Source: an uncultured delta proteobacterium | Lineage (GTDB): Bacteria > Desulfobacterota > WTBG01 | DNA: 64,000 nucleotides | Assembly: GCA_963793865.1 (NCBI GenBank) | Contig: CAWCBP010000004.1 | Coordinates: forward strand, 192,001 to 256,000 | Reading direction: 5' to 3' | Shown here: one piece after another, positions 32,946 through 43,223 of the stretch | Layout: each line of letters begins with the position of its first letter | How positions within the stretch are numbered: position 1 is the first letter of the stretch | Position numbers and translations under genes: made by a program | The notes under the pieces: generated by a model | Told to the model about the DNA's origin: nothing | The model's input: the letters and a program-made list of their open reading frames with translations, nothing else | Databases searched by the model: none

Positions 32946-33863
32946 ATGATAGAAAAAACAGGCAAGATCTGGATGGATGGACAACTGGTGGACTGGCACA
33001 AGGCGCAAATCCATGTGCTTACCCACACCCTTCACTACGGGCTGGGCGTGTTCGAAGGCATTCGCTGCTACCGCTGCCATGACGGCAGGTCGGCGATTTT
33101 CAGGCTGCCGGAACATATCAACCGCTTATTTGATTCCGCCCATATCTCACAGATCACCATCCCCTTCAGCCGTGAAGACATGACCAGGGCGGTGATAGAA
33201 ACCATGAAGGTCAACAACTTAAGCGAAGGCTACATCAGGCCCATCGTCTACATCGGAGACGGTGAAATGGGGCTCTATGTCAAGCAATATCCGGTGCGGG
33301 TGGCGATTGCCTGCTGGGCATGGGGCGCATACCTGGGGGACGAGGGGCTTAAACGGGGGATCCGGGCAAAGATATCCTCCTTCACCCGCATCCACGTCAA
33401 CACCTTCATGACCAAGGCCAAGATCTGCGGCAACTATGTCAATTCCATCATGGCCAAGAAAGAGGTGACCGCCATGGGTTACGATGAGGCCATTCTCCTT
33501 GACACCGAAGGCTACGTGTGTGAGGCGAGCGGGGAGAACATTTTTATCGTCAAGGACGGAGCAATAAAAACCCCGCCTCCCACCGCCATTCTCAAGGGGA
33601 TAACCAGGGACGCCGTTTTTACCATCGCCCGCGACAGAAAGATAATTGTGGATGAGCACCGCTTTACCCGGGATGAGCTTTACACGGCCGATGAAGCGTT
33701 CTTTACCGGCACCGCTGCCGAAATAACGCCCATCAGGGAAGTCGACAACCGCACTATCGGCAAAGGTGAGCGGGGACCCGTGACCGCCGCCGTTCAAAGC
33801 GCGTTTTTCGACATCGTGCAGGGCAAGGATGACCGCTATAAATCCTGGTTGACCTATCTCTGA
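32946..33863 (+). CDS. ilvE: Branched-chain amino acid aminotransferase
   Basis: [51 protein letters not shown]. Confidence 0.96.
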   Translation: MIEKTGKIWMDGQLVDWHKAQIHVLTHTLHYGLGVFEGIRCYRCHDGRSAIFRLPEHINRLFDSAHISQITIPFSREDMTRAVIETMKVNNLSEGYIRPIVYIGDGEMGLYVKQYPVRVAIACWAWGAYLGDEGLKRGIRAKISSFTRIHVNTFMTKAKICGNYVNSIMAKKEVTAMGYDEAILLDTEGYVCEASGENIFIVKDGAIKTPPPTAILKGITRDAVFTIARDRKIIVDEHRFTRDELYTADEAFFTGTAAEITPIREVDNRTIGKGERGPVTAAVQSAFFDIVQGKDDRYKSWLTYL

Positions 33864-33878
33864 GAACTTCCGCCGCCA

Positions 33879-34491
33879 ATGAAAGAGGACTTAGCCGGAG
33901 AAAAAAGGGCCCTGCGGAAAAGAATCCTTGCTCTGCGGGATGCCCTCTCCCTTGATGAACGGCAGCAAAAAAGCAACGCCATCCAGTCCCTGCATTTTTT
34001 CTCTTCCTGAGTTTGCCGCAGCTCAGAGGTTTGCTCTCTTTGTCTCTTGCAGGTCAGAAGTCCTTACCGAGCCCATTATCCGCAAGTCGCTTTCCCTATC
34101 AAAAGTGATAGCCGTACCCATCACCGATCTCCCCCGAAAGCAGCTTCTTCTTTCACGCATCACCGATTACGATAATGACCTTGCCCCCGGCACATGGGGT
34201 ATTCCGGAACCGAAACCCGACCGCGTGCGCCCGATGGCGCTGAATGAGCCGGATATTATCATAACACCGGGGGTTGCTTTTGACCGGAAGGGATGGAGGA
34301 TTGGATACGGGGGCGGATTTTATGACGGGTTGCTCAGGTCCATGCCCGTGAGAAAACCGGTCGTTGCCCTCGCCTTCGCTCTGCAGATTGTTGATAGCGT
34401 CCCCTTTGACCCTACCCTTGACGAGCCGGTTGACATCATCATCACCGAGGATGAAATCATTTATTGCAGGGATGAGAGAGATAACTGCTGA
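33879..34491 (+). CDS. 5-formyltetrahydrofolate cyclo-ligase; frameshift at ~33990
   Basis: MKEDLAGEKRALRKRILALR from ATG 33879; shifted frame gives GIPEP and PGVAFD..GWRIGYGGGFYD. Confidence 0.9.
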
Positions 34492-34854
34492 CCGCGGTTA
34501 TTCTAAATTGCTCTCGCTCGAAGAAGAAAGACGCCTCATAGCTAAAGCGAAGCAAGGATGTAAAGCAGAGACCGAAGAACTCATCCTGCGCTATGTTAGC
34601 TTCATAAATTTCCGCCTCCGCAAGAAGGCTTTTCCTGCATATATTGCCCGCTTCGGTGAAGATATTCTTTCCGAAGCGGTTTTTATTTTGTATGACAAAA
34701 TCAAGAGCTATGACCTCGGCTACCGGGATAAGAATGGCGATTTGAAGCCGGTCAAATTTTCCTCATACATCTGGAAGCGGATCGACGGCTTCATTCTGGA
34801 TTCTTGAAAAGAGAATTGGCACGGGAGAGGCGTGAGGCAAGCCTTGACGGGTGA
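34472..34854 (+). CDS. Small sigma-70 region 1.2/2-like protein lacking region 4 (stop at 34807 as assembled, 34854 if one T is restored)
   Basis: LLSLEEERRLIAKAKQG...EELILRY (region 1.2/2.1-like) and KFSSYIWKRI (region 2.3 KFSTYAxWWI-like); the convergent PBP1A gene ends at 34860. Confidence 0.6.
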
Positions 34855-34859
34855 GGTTT

Positions 34860-36832
34860 TTATTCCTTGAAACACTCGAAGATGGCTCTTGTGGTTTCTT
34901 CTGTTGCCGCTCCGCCGGTGTCCGCATCAATCTGCCTGAAGACAATTCCCTGCGGCACCGGGAAAACCTGCACCCCGGTGCCTTGCAGGACTTCCTGCAT
35001 GAAGCGCAGCCATATGGGGCTTGCCGCCACCGCTCCCGTCTCGCGCTTCCCCAGCGGCTTTTCAATGTCGTAGCCGACCCAGGTTCCCGCAATCAGCTCA
35101 GGCGTATACCCGATAAACCAGGCATCGCGCATATCATTGGTGGTGCCGGTTTTCGCGGCGCAGGGACGGTTGAGCGCACGCACGCCCCTGCCCGTACCTT
35201 CCTCCACCACGCTTTGCAGCAGGCTGGTCATCAGGTAGGCGGTCTTGGGGCTTATGACCTGGCTGAGCCGGGGCTTGTTTTCCTCCAGGACATTTCCATG
35301 GCGATCAAGGATCCTGGTTATAAAGAGCGGCTCGGCTTTCAACCCCTGGCTGGCGAAGACCGCGTACGCCCGCGTGAGCTCCAGCAGGGACACGCCCGAA
35401 GAGCCGAGCGCGAGGGTGAGATTGGGCTCAAGCGGTGAGCTGATGCCCAGCTTTCTCGCGTACTTTATGGCGTAGCTCACGCCGATATCCTGTAAAATTT
35501 TTATGGTTATGATGTTGCGTGAATGGCTGAGCGCATGCCTGAAGGTAACCGGGCCTTCGAACTCCCGGTCAAAATTCTTGGGTTCCCAGAACGGCTGCTT
35601 CCCCCGCGAAGGAAAGATGATGGGCGCGTCAATGATGATAGAGGACGTGGTATAGGCCTTGTCCAGCGCCGCCGCGTACACGATGGGCTTGAAAGCAGAA
35701 CCGGGCTGACGCCGGGCCTGGGTGGCGCGGTTAAACTGGTTTTCAAGAAAACGCAATCCCCCGACCAGCGCCTTTACCTTGCCTGTGCGGGGCTCCATGG
35801 CAACCAGGGCACCCTGCACCCTGGGTTCCCCCTTTTTGACGCCCTGCCGCTTTTCAAAAGCCTTCAGGCCGGCTTCCACCGCTTTCTGGGCGGCATCCTG
35901 CATGAGCAGATTTACCGAGGTATACACCTTGAGACCTTCACCATAGAGCGCCGCGTTGCCGTATGTCGTCTGCAGATACTGCCGCACATGTTCAGCGATA
36001 TAAGGGGCAACGGTGATGTTTTTGTTATCGGGGGGCACGATCTTGAGAGGATAGTCCAAAGCCGCCGTGGCTTCGTCTTTGGTGATGTATCCGCTCTCCG
36101 CCATCCGCTCCAGGACATACTGCTGGCGTTGCCTGGCCTTGTCCATGTGGCGGATGGGCGAGTAGGCGCTCGGCGCCTTGGGCAGCCCCGCGAGGAGTGC
36201 CGACTCAGCCAGGTTGAGATCGGCCGCTGACTTGTTGAAATACGTTTGTGCCGCCGCCTCAACCCCGTACGATCGCTGCCCAAGGTAAATCTGGTTCAGG
36301 TATATGGTAAGAATGTCAGCCTTGCTTAAGGATTTTTCAATGCGGTACGCCAGGATGGCTTCCTTGATCTTTCTGGCATAGCTTTTTTCAGGCGTGAGCA
36401 GGAGCGATTTGGTCACCTGCTGGGTAATGGTGCTCCCTCCCTGGACGATGTCCATGGATCTCAAGTTCCTGATCAGGGCGCGGACGATGCTCAGCAGATC
36501 AATGCCCTGATGCTCGAAAAACCGCTCGTCCTCCGCGGCTATAAAGGCATCGACGAGTACGGGGGGCATCTCCTCCATGGAAATGAGGTATCGCTTCTCG
36601 ATAAAATACTCCGCGATAACCTCCCCGCTTTCAGAGAGCACCTGGGTGACGATTTTCGGCTGGTAGTCCTTGACCGAATTCAGCCGGGGCAGGTCGCTGC
36701 TGAAATAGAGATACAATCCCACCAGCACCAGCACGGGAAGCGCTGCCAGCAAAAAGAGGAGAAAGGTAAGGGGCAGCCACAGCGATTTTTTTTCTTCTTT
36801 TTTCTCGCGGCAGGTTTTGTTTTTGCGCTCAT
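34860..36832 (-). CDS. Class A penicillin-binding protein (PBP1A family); 5' frameshift in an A-run at 36786-36793
   Basis: Transglycosylase EDERFFEHQG, GGSTITQQ, RKIKE, YLNQIY; transpeptidase SAFK, SRN, KTG. Confidence 0.93.
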
Positions 36833-36915
36833 GAAAGATTTCTACCCACCTATGAACTGCATGGTCTTAACTGGCTGAAGGATAAAAAACCAGGCCAAAA
36901 CTCTTTGAAATGTCG

Positions 36916-37043
36916 GAAGGAGCGCATTCATGGGCGATACATTCGCGGCTTAAAGCCGCTCCTACCGGCTCTGGGTTTCTCCCCACGGAAGTGGGGATCC
37001 GGTTTTTATGCAAACGTAGGGGCGACCGGCCGGTCGCCTCTAC
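36916..37043 (+). repeat. Composite repeat cluster: family A, family D hairpin, family B
   Basis: A 36916-36965; TCCCCACGGAAGTGGGGATCC 36980-37000; GTAGGGGCGACCGGCCGGTCGCCTCTAC 37016-37043. Confidence 0.85.
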
Positions 37044-37214
37044 GTTACTTGATGCATCAGATTATGAACCCATCCGGAAGGCCAGAGTATACTCCCATAT
37101 CATCATTTCTGCAAGCATTCAGCTCAAACGGCTTGACGAAAAAGAGTGAAGGTAGTATGCATTGACAATACATTGAACAGACCGTTGTAAAATTACATCC
37201 CGAGGAGGAATGCC

Positions 37215-38105
37215 ATGATTCAGTGGACGAAAGAGGCTGAAGAGGCCGTCGAAAAGCTCCCTCTGCCCCCGATGATCAGCGAGTACGCCCGGCTTGAATG
37301 CGAGCGCCTGGCGCGGGTAAAAGGCGTGAAGCAGGTCACCCCGGAGATTGTGGCCGAGGCCGACACGCGCTATGACCTGGCCATCGGCCGCGACGTCATG
37401 CGCAAGCTCCGGGCCATGGCCCGCGGTGAAGGAGACGGGGTGGTAATGCCGGAGGAGTTTTTCGATGAAGGAGGAGGCAAGGAGCTTTTCAATATTGCCC
37501 TCTGCCCCAGCAAGTACGGAGCGGCATCCGATGTAAAAATTGATAACATGAAACGGCTCATCCCTGCCGTCAGGGCAAAATTGAAAGAGCTGAAGGTGAC
37601 CGACCTGATGCTGGAGCTTACCACTACTGCCGTGATGCCCCACTGTGAGTTCAGGGTGAGCGTTTCCGGCTGCACCAATGCCTGTTTTTCCCCTTACTTC
37701 TCCGATTTCGGCATCCTTGGCGTGTACGATGTTGAACTCATCCCTGAACGGTGTACGGGGTGCGGCAAATGCGCGGGCTATTGCAGCCTGGGCGCCATTA
37801 CCATGCGGGATAAGCTCCCCGTCTTCGACAAAAACATCTGCATCCGCTGTGCCGGCTGTGAGGAATTCTGCCCGGAGTCTGCCATCGGGGTTAAAACTAT
37901 GGGGTACAAGGTGGTGGTCGGGGGATCCGGCGCACGCCATCCCCACATCGCCGACACGGTGACCGAGTTTACCGACCTCGAGGGGGTCCTTGCAATACTG
38001 GATAAGACTATTGCCCTGGTGCGGGCAAATGCAAAGCAGTCCATGCGTGTTTTCACCCTGCGGAAGCTGATCGCCCGGACCGGCGTTGACGGGCTTCGGC
38101 CATAG
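37215..38105 (+). CDS. Nitrite/sulfite-reductase-related 4Fe-4S protein with N-terminal PCP_red-like helical domain
   Basis: WTKEAEEAVEKLP N-terminus; SGCTNAC..DFG; two ferredoxin motifs CTGCGKC..C and CIRCAGC..CP. Confidence 0.75.
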   Translation: MIQWTKEAEEAVEKLPLPPMISEYARLECERLARVKGVKQVTPEIVAEADTRYDLAIGRDVMRKLRAMARGEGDGVVMPEEFFDEGGGKELFNIALCPSKYGAASDVKIDNMKRLIPAVRAKLKELKVTDLMLELTTTAVMPHCEFRVSVSGCTNACFSPYFSDFGILGVYDVELIPERCTGCGKCAGYCSLGAITMRDKLPVFDKNICIRCAGCEEFCPESAIGVKTMGYKVVVGGSGARHPHIADTVTEFTDLEGVLAILDKTIALVRANAKQSMRVFTLRKLIARTGVDGLRP

Positions 38106-38141
38106 TTCCTGTCGCCTAAACCATTTTACCATGGGTACGCT

Positions 38142-39179
38142 ATGAGAAAAGTCAGATTGGGAAGAACCAACCTTCAGGTCACCCGCTGGGCATTGGGCGG
38201 CATACCGCTTTCCACGGTGATGGGCGGCAGGGATGAAGAGACCATCAACCGGGTGCTCAATGCCGCCCTTGATTATGGAATAAACTTTATTGACACCTCG
38301 CGGGTGTATATGGATTCCGAGGCAAACATCGGCGAGGTGATGAAAACCAGGAGAAAGGACTGCTTTATCGCCAGCAAATCTCACAGCCGGGAGTATGGCG
38401 CGGTCATGGCGGATTTGGAAGAAAGCCTGAAGGCCTTGGAGACAGACCGGATCGACATCTACCAGGTGCATGAGCTTTATCCGGGGGAAATCGATGCGGT
38501 GATGAAAAAAGGCGGGGCGCTGGATGCTTTCAAAAAAGCCCGTGAGCAGGGCATGATTGATTTTATAGGCTTAACCAGCCATCATGTGAGCGTTATGCTC
38601 CAACTGGTCAAAACCGGGGAGTTCGACACGGTGATGTTTCCCTTTAACGTGATCGAGCGGGAGCCGGAGAAGGAGTTGCTGGCCCTCGCCAGAACCAAAG
38701 ACGTCGGCACCCTGGTGATGAAGCCGCTGGCAGGGGGTGTATTTACCAATATTGAAAAGTGCTTTAAATTTCTCAACGGCTACCCTGTGGATGTGATCCT
38801 CAACGGCGTTGCCAGCCTCGAGGAATTAACGGAAGATCTGAAATTCGCGGATGGCACTGAGCCGCTCACGGCTCAGGAACTGAAAGACTTCGAGGCGGAG
38901 GTCGCACCCCTGGGCAGGGATTTCTGCCGGCGCTGCAGCTACTGCATGCCCTGCCCCAATGACATTCTTATTCCAATAATGATCAATCTGCTCTACCCGC
39001 AGGTCAGGGGGCGCCGCTACCGGGACCTTACCGACAAGCAGAAAAAGCTGGGTAACAATCTCATGGTGTGGTGGCAGGCCTGCGTGGAGTGCGGCCGGTG
39101 CGAAGAAAAGTGCCCCTACAATCTTCCCCTCATCAAGCGCAAGCAGGAACTGATGGAGATCTTCTCCGAAGGGGAATAG
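38142..39179 (+). CDS. Aldo/keto reductase with C-terminal 4Fe-4S domain
   Basis: GINFIDTSRVY, IASK, IDIYQVH, MKPLAGG; CRRCSYCMPCP and CVECGRCEEKCP. Confidence 0.92.
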   Translation: MRKVRLGRTNLQVTRWALGGIPLSTVMGGRDEETINRVLNAALDYGINFIDTSRVYMDSEANIGEVMKTRRKDCFIASKSHSREYGAVMADLEESLKALETDRIDIYQVHELYPGEIDAVMKKGGALDAFKKAREQGMIDFIGLTSHHVSVMLQLVKTGEFDTVMFPFNVIEREPEKELLALARTKDVGTLVMKPLAGGVFTNIEKCFKFLNGYPVDVILNGVASLEELTEDLKFADGTEPLTAQELKDFEAEVAPLGRDFCRRCSYCMPCPNDILIPIMINLLYPQVRGRRYRDLTDKQKKLGNNLMVWWQACVECGRCEEKCPYNLPLIKRKQELMEIFSEGE

Positions 39180-39500
39180 GAGAATTTCTCCATCTTCAGA
39201 CCCAACACATTTTTGCTCCTTAAGCACGTACGACGCGACTACCCTTTCCTCCATCCCGATCCATTATTGCTTGTAAATCCGGAATGATACCGTGCTGAGC
39301 GGCACCTGTATTTTTTAACTTGACTTTTATTATCAGGTAGAATATGGCAGTTATAGCGCCATTGTAATTTAAAGTCATACAAAGATTATGTTTGGCTCTC
39401 TTGCTCCACAAAACATCTCATATGAAAGGAGGTGAATACAGAGAGGAATTCCTAAAGCAGAAGTTCATAAACGTAAATGTAAATGAAGGGGGGATTGTGT

Positions 39501-41696
39501 ATGAATCTTAAAGAGTCAAGTATCTTCAAGTTAGTTCTGCTGGTAGGTGTTGCAGTAGCAATGATGGGGATAAGCGGCTGCATAAACGGAGAGGAGGTTG
39601 TTGACATTACCACCATGACTCCTGAGCAGCGGGCTGCTATAATCGGCCTGAACATACCGCAGGACAGCATTAAAGTTGCCATTGGGAGGACCACCGATGT
39701 TTCCTTTGCGGTCACCGATGCTTATAATCGTCCTGTCGTCGGCATCGAAACCCTGATTGCAGAGGATGACCGTTTTGTGCGCTTTACCCTGGTTAAGCTG
39801 GTGGGCGGCACCAATGGAGATCCGGATTCGTGGTTCAGCTATATACGCGAAGAGGGCGTCCCAACCTATGACAGTCCACGCCAAGGTGGTATTCTGACGG
39901 CCAATCGCGACAATACCTACACCTACACTTTTGCCTATGATGTTGAAGCTGACGCGGCCTTTGAAAGGACAGTCACCCATCGCCTGGGCGGCCAGATGGG
40001 TAACGCGGATGCCGGTCTTACTGCGCTGAATGTCGTCTATGACTTCGTGCCCGACAGAAGTCCTGTTGCCAATACCCGGGATATTTCCCTGACTTCATCC
40101 TGTAATGAATGCCACGGCCGTCTCGTCGTTCATGGCCGTCGTTATGAGGTTGGCTACTGTGTTACCTGCCACAACCCGGATTGTGTCGTTGACGGCGAGT
40201 CTTTTGACATGGCTATCATGACCCACAAGATCCATGCCAGTGATCCTGAATATCTTGGCGGTGAATTTGCCGAGGTTACCTATCCGCAGGACCTGCTCAA
40301 CTGCAGAAAATGCCATGACGGCGCTGACGCAGGAACTCCGCAGGGCGATAACTGGAAAAACAAGCCGTCCATAGACGCCTGCGGCTCCTGTCATACCGGT
40401 GTAAACTTTGCAACCGGTGAAGGACACGTAGCACAGTCCAACAATTCAGCCTGTGCAACCTGTCATAACGCCGAATCGATCGAGGCAAATCATCTGACAG
40501 CGAATGCAACCCCCAACAATCCCAACCTCCCGGCCGGCGTGCCGGAGATGGCGTATGCCATAAGCGAAGTGAGCGTTGCCGGAAACGGCGCTCCGACCAT
40601 CACCTTCGCCATAACTGCCGACGGGAGCCTGGTTGACGTGAACAATCTGCCCGCAGGTTTTTCCGGTTCTCCGAGCTTTCTGCTCGCCTGGGCCTTGCCG
40701 CAGGACGGGATAGCAGTGCCGTCTGATTATAATAATCTCGGCAGGAAAGCGGCCCAGCCCATCTCCGTTAGCATTGCTGACATTGCCGCAGGAGATAAGG
40801 GTTCAGTGACCTGTTCGGGGAGTTCATGTACTGCAACCCTTACCGACACGTTCCCGTCCGGTGCCGTGATGCGCGCCGTCGGCTTGAACGGCTATTACTC
40901 GATCGACACCACCGGCGACGGTGAGTCCGATTACTCGCTCCATGCGCCTTCGGTGGTTGCGCCGGTGCCTGGTGACGAGATAAGGCGCACCGTAATAGAT
41001 ATCGATAAATGCTTCAACTGCCACGAGTGGTTTGAAGCTCACGGCGGAAACAGGGTCCTCAACATGGAAATCTGCGTCCTGTGCCATGTACCCAACCTGA
41101 GCAGCAGTGGCCGGGAAATAACTGAGCCGTCTGATGAAATCGTAGCGGAGCTCGGTCCCAACACCCTGAGCTATCCTGAGGCCACTCAAAACATGAAGGA
41201 AATGATCCATGGCATACATGCATCCGGTGTGCGGACGACGGATTATGAGCATGTCCGCAACCGGAACGACGGCTTATACTACAACTGGTCCGAAGTTACC
41301 TTCCCGACCGAAGCCGGCAACTGTCTGGCATGCCATATTGACGCAACTGAGGATCTGCCCGCCACCTATCAGCTCCCACTGGTTGAAAATGTACTGATGA
41401 CAATCAATCGGACTACGGGAGTTGCCGATGGAATGGATGCCACCCCTGATGATGTGGCCATAGCCCGCGAAAACGTACCCAATGATACTGATTGGGTCAT
41501 TACGCCAATTGCCGGTACATGCTACTCCTGCCATGACAGTGCAGAAACTGTTACTCATATGGAAGGTAACGGCGGGGCTGTTAACCAGAATCGCTCAACA
41601 GTGCTGGCATCAAGCACTGCCGAAAGCTGCGCTATATGTCATGGTATAGGCTCTTCCCAGGACGTGGCTGTAGTCCATACGGGACTGAATAACTAG
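39501..41696 (+). CDS. OmcA/MtrC-family decaheme c-type cytochrome lipoprotein
   Basis: Lipobox ISGC; ten CxxCH motifs in two groups of five (CNECH, CVTCH, CRKCH, CGSCH, CATCH / CFNCH, CVLCH, CLACH, CYSCH, CAICH) separated by a heme-free domain. Confidence 0.92.
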   Translation: MNLKESSIFKLVLLVGVAVAMMGISGCINGEEVVDITTMTPEQRAAIIGLNIPQDSIKVAIGRTTDVSFAVTDAYNRPVVGIETLIAEDDRFVRFTLVKLVGGTNGDPDSWFSYIREEGVPTYDSPRQGGILTANRDNTYTYTFAYDVEADAAFERTVTHRLGGQMGNADAGLTALNVVYDFVPDRSPVANTRDISLTSSCNECHGRLVVHGRRYEVGYCVTCHNPDCVVDGESFDMAIMTHKIHASDPEYLGGEFAEVTYPQDLLNCRKCHDGADAGTPQGDNWKNKPSIDACGSCHTGVNFATGEGHVAQSNNSACATCHNAESIEANHLTANATPNNPNLPAGVPEMAYAISEVSVAGNGAPTITFAITADGSLVDVNNLPAGFSGSPSFLLAWALPQDGIAVPSDYNNLGRKAAQPISVSIADIAAGDKGSVTCSGSSCTATLTDTFPSGAVMRAVGLNGYYSIDTTGDGESDYSLHAPSVVAPVPGDEIRRTVIDIDKCFNCHEWFEAHGGNRVLNMEICVLCHVPNLSSSGREITEPSDEIVAELGPNTLSYPEATQNMKEMIHGIHASGVRTTDYEHVRNRNDGLYYNWSEVTFPTEAGNCLACHIDATEDLPATYQLPLVENVLMTINRTTGVADGMDATPDDVAIARENVPNDTDWVITPIAGTCYSCHDSAETVTHMEGNGGAVNQNRSTVLASSTAESCAICHGIGSSQDVAVVHTGLNN

Positions 41697-41736
41697 CTCA
41701 TACTATCCGGGTTGCATGCGCAACCCGCCGGAACAG

Positions 41737-41774
41737 AAGAGCCCCTGACGCTAACATCAGGGGCTCTTTCTTTC
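41737..41774 (+). terminator. Intrinsic terminator between convergent genes
   Basis: AAGAGCCCCTGA-8 nt-TCAGGGGCTCTT followed by a T-rich tail. Confidence 0.8.
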
Positions 41775-41816
41775 CCAAACATCTCCCGCTATGCAGGTAC
41801 TCGCTATAATAATATT

Positions 41817-42692
41817 CTACCGGATCTTTGATTCAGGGCTTACGCCCGCATCCAGAATGACGATTTCAACCCGCCGGTTCTGCTGGCGTCCCGCCTCGGT
41901 ATTATTGCCCGCCACCGGATAATCCTTCCCATATCCCTTGGTAACAATGCGGCCGATTTCAATTCCCCTTTGTATGAGCGCGATGCGCACCGCATCCGCC
42001 CGCCGCTGGGAAAGTTCCAGATTATAGGCCGATGAGCCGATGCTGTCGGTATATCCTTCTATCAGGACGCTTCGCTCGGGATGTTTGTCCAGAAAGGTGG
42101 TGAGCTGATCCATGGTACGATACGCACCCGGCATCAGTTCCGCCTTGTTAAATTCAAACAGCACGTCCCCCAGGGTCAGAACATAACCCCGGTCCGTCAT
42201 TTTGGCATTGAGATCAGAGAGTTCCTTTTCGAGCTCCTGGGTTCTGGCGGCGGCCAGTGCTGCCTCTGCGCGCGCCCTTTCCACCTCCGTGCGGGCCCGC
42301 TCGACTTCACTTGCTTTTTTTTCAATTTCCGCTCCCCGGGCATCGAGCAGTATTTTGTCTTTCTCCTTTGCCAGTTTTTCCGTTTCCTTCTTTGCTGCGC
42401 GCTGTGCCGCCGCGGCAACCGCGATCTGTGAACGCCGTTCCGCGAGGTAGGCGAGGTGCTTCAGGTCCTCAACATTTTCCGCGCCCTCTGCCTGGCGCAG
42501 CGCCTGCTCGGCATCATACATTTCCACCGGAGCGTTTTCGCTGACCCCGGCTTGTGCCTGGGCATCTTTGAAGGCGTTCTGCGCGCGGAGCAGATCCGGA
42601 TGGTTCGCGGGAATGCCCCCGCATCCCCACAAGAGAACAGAAACTGCAGCAGTAACCATGAACCATCGTACAGGTTTATAAAAATATATCAT
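41817..42692 (-). CDS. OmpA-family lipoprotein with DUF4398-like and coiled-coil region
   Basis: Lipobox LWGC; DVLFEFNK, EGYTDSIG, NLELSQRRA, NRRVEI. Confidence 0.92.
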   Translation of the reverse strand: MIYFYKPVRWFMVTAAVSVLLWGCGGIPANHPDLLRAQNAFKDAQAQAGVSENAPVEMYDAEQALRQAEGAENVEDLKHLAYLAERRSQIAVAAAAQRAAKKETEKLAKEKDKILLDARGAEIEKKASEVERARTEVERARAEAALAAARTQELEKELSDLNAKMTDRGYVLTLGDVLFEFNKAELMPGAYRTMDQLTTFLDKHPERSVLIEGYTDSIGSSAYNLELSQRRADAVRIALIQRGIEIGRIVTKGYGKDYPVAGNNTEAGRQQNRRVEIVILDAGVSPESKIR

Positions 42693-42716
42693 CGTAAGTC
42701 CTCCCTGGCAGTTGTA

Positions 42717-43106
42717 TTATCGGGATTGATTTTGTATGCGCTTCAGCTCAGATTGCAGGGCCTCGACGCTTTCACGCAGCTTTTGGGCCTCTTTTCCCGT
42801 CTGGGCTGACAGCGCTTTTTCTTCCGCCAGCTTGGCATCCAGCAGGGCCTCATCGATAAGCCGGTTGGCTGTCTCATAGTTCTCGTCCTTTACGGCCGCC
42901 TGCGCCAATTTATATTTGTCCTCGGCGAATCGAAGCTCAAGCGGCGCATATACGATGGCTTCGGCCTGACGCGCCGAGGCAATCTGCGAATCCAGTTTGG
43001 CCATTTTCTCGACCGGGGCGACACCGGCACAACCGCCCGCCAGGGCCACGAACAAAATCAGGACACCTGCCATCCATATTCTTTTCTTCAAATCTGCGGC
43101 ACCCAT
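42717..43106 (-). CDS. DUF4398-like lipoprotein
   Basis: Lipobox AGGC; YAPLELRFAEDK..A..DAKLAE; usual partner upstream of OmpA genes. Confidence 0.8.
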   Translation of the reverse strand: MGAADLKKRIWMAGVLILFVALAGGCAGVAPVEKMAKLDSQIASARQAEAIVYAPLELRFAEDKYKLAQAAVKDENYETANRLIDEALLDAKLAEEKALSAQTGKEAQKLRESVEALQSELKRIQNQSR

Positions 43107-43156
43107 CGGATACTCCTTTCCTCAATGAGATTGAGACTAACTCATCAGCCGGCATT

Positions 43157-43186
43157 ATCTTAATAAGGGATATTGATACATGTCAA
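43157..43186 (-). promoter_or_regulatory. Predicted sigma70 promoter overlapped by TTGAT-N4-GTCAA palindrome
   Basis: Minus strand TTGACA-18 nt-TAAGAT; plus strand TTGATACATGTCAA (43173-43186) is FNR-box-like. Confidence 0.4.
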
Positions 43187-43223
43187 GCTTTTCCTGTCCG
43201 ATCACACCCGAGCCCTGCCTTAG

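Noticed and set aside
34805..34807. TGA as possible selenocysteine readthrough
   Set aside because: No Cys-equivalent context; a one-base indel gives a more natural ending (DSLKRELARERREASLDG)
37119..38471. 450-aa minus-strand ORF
   Set aside because: Antisense to two well-supported genes
39425..39455. Perfect SD-like AAAGGAGGTGA upstream of the cytochrome gene
   Set aside because: No properly spaced start codon follows and it is too far from the cytochrome ATG; no supportable function
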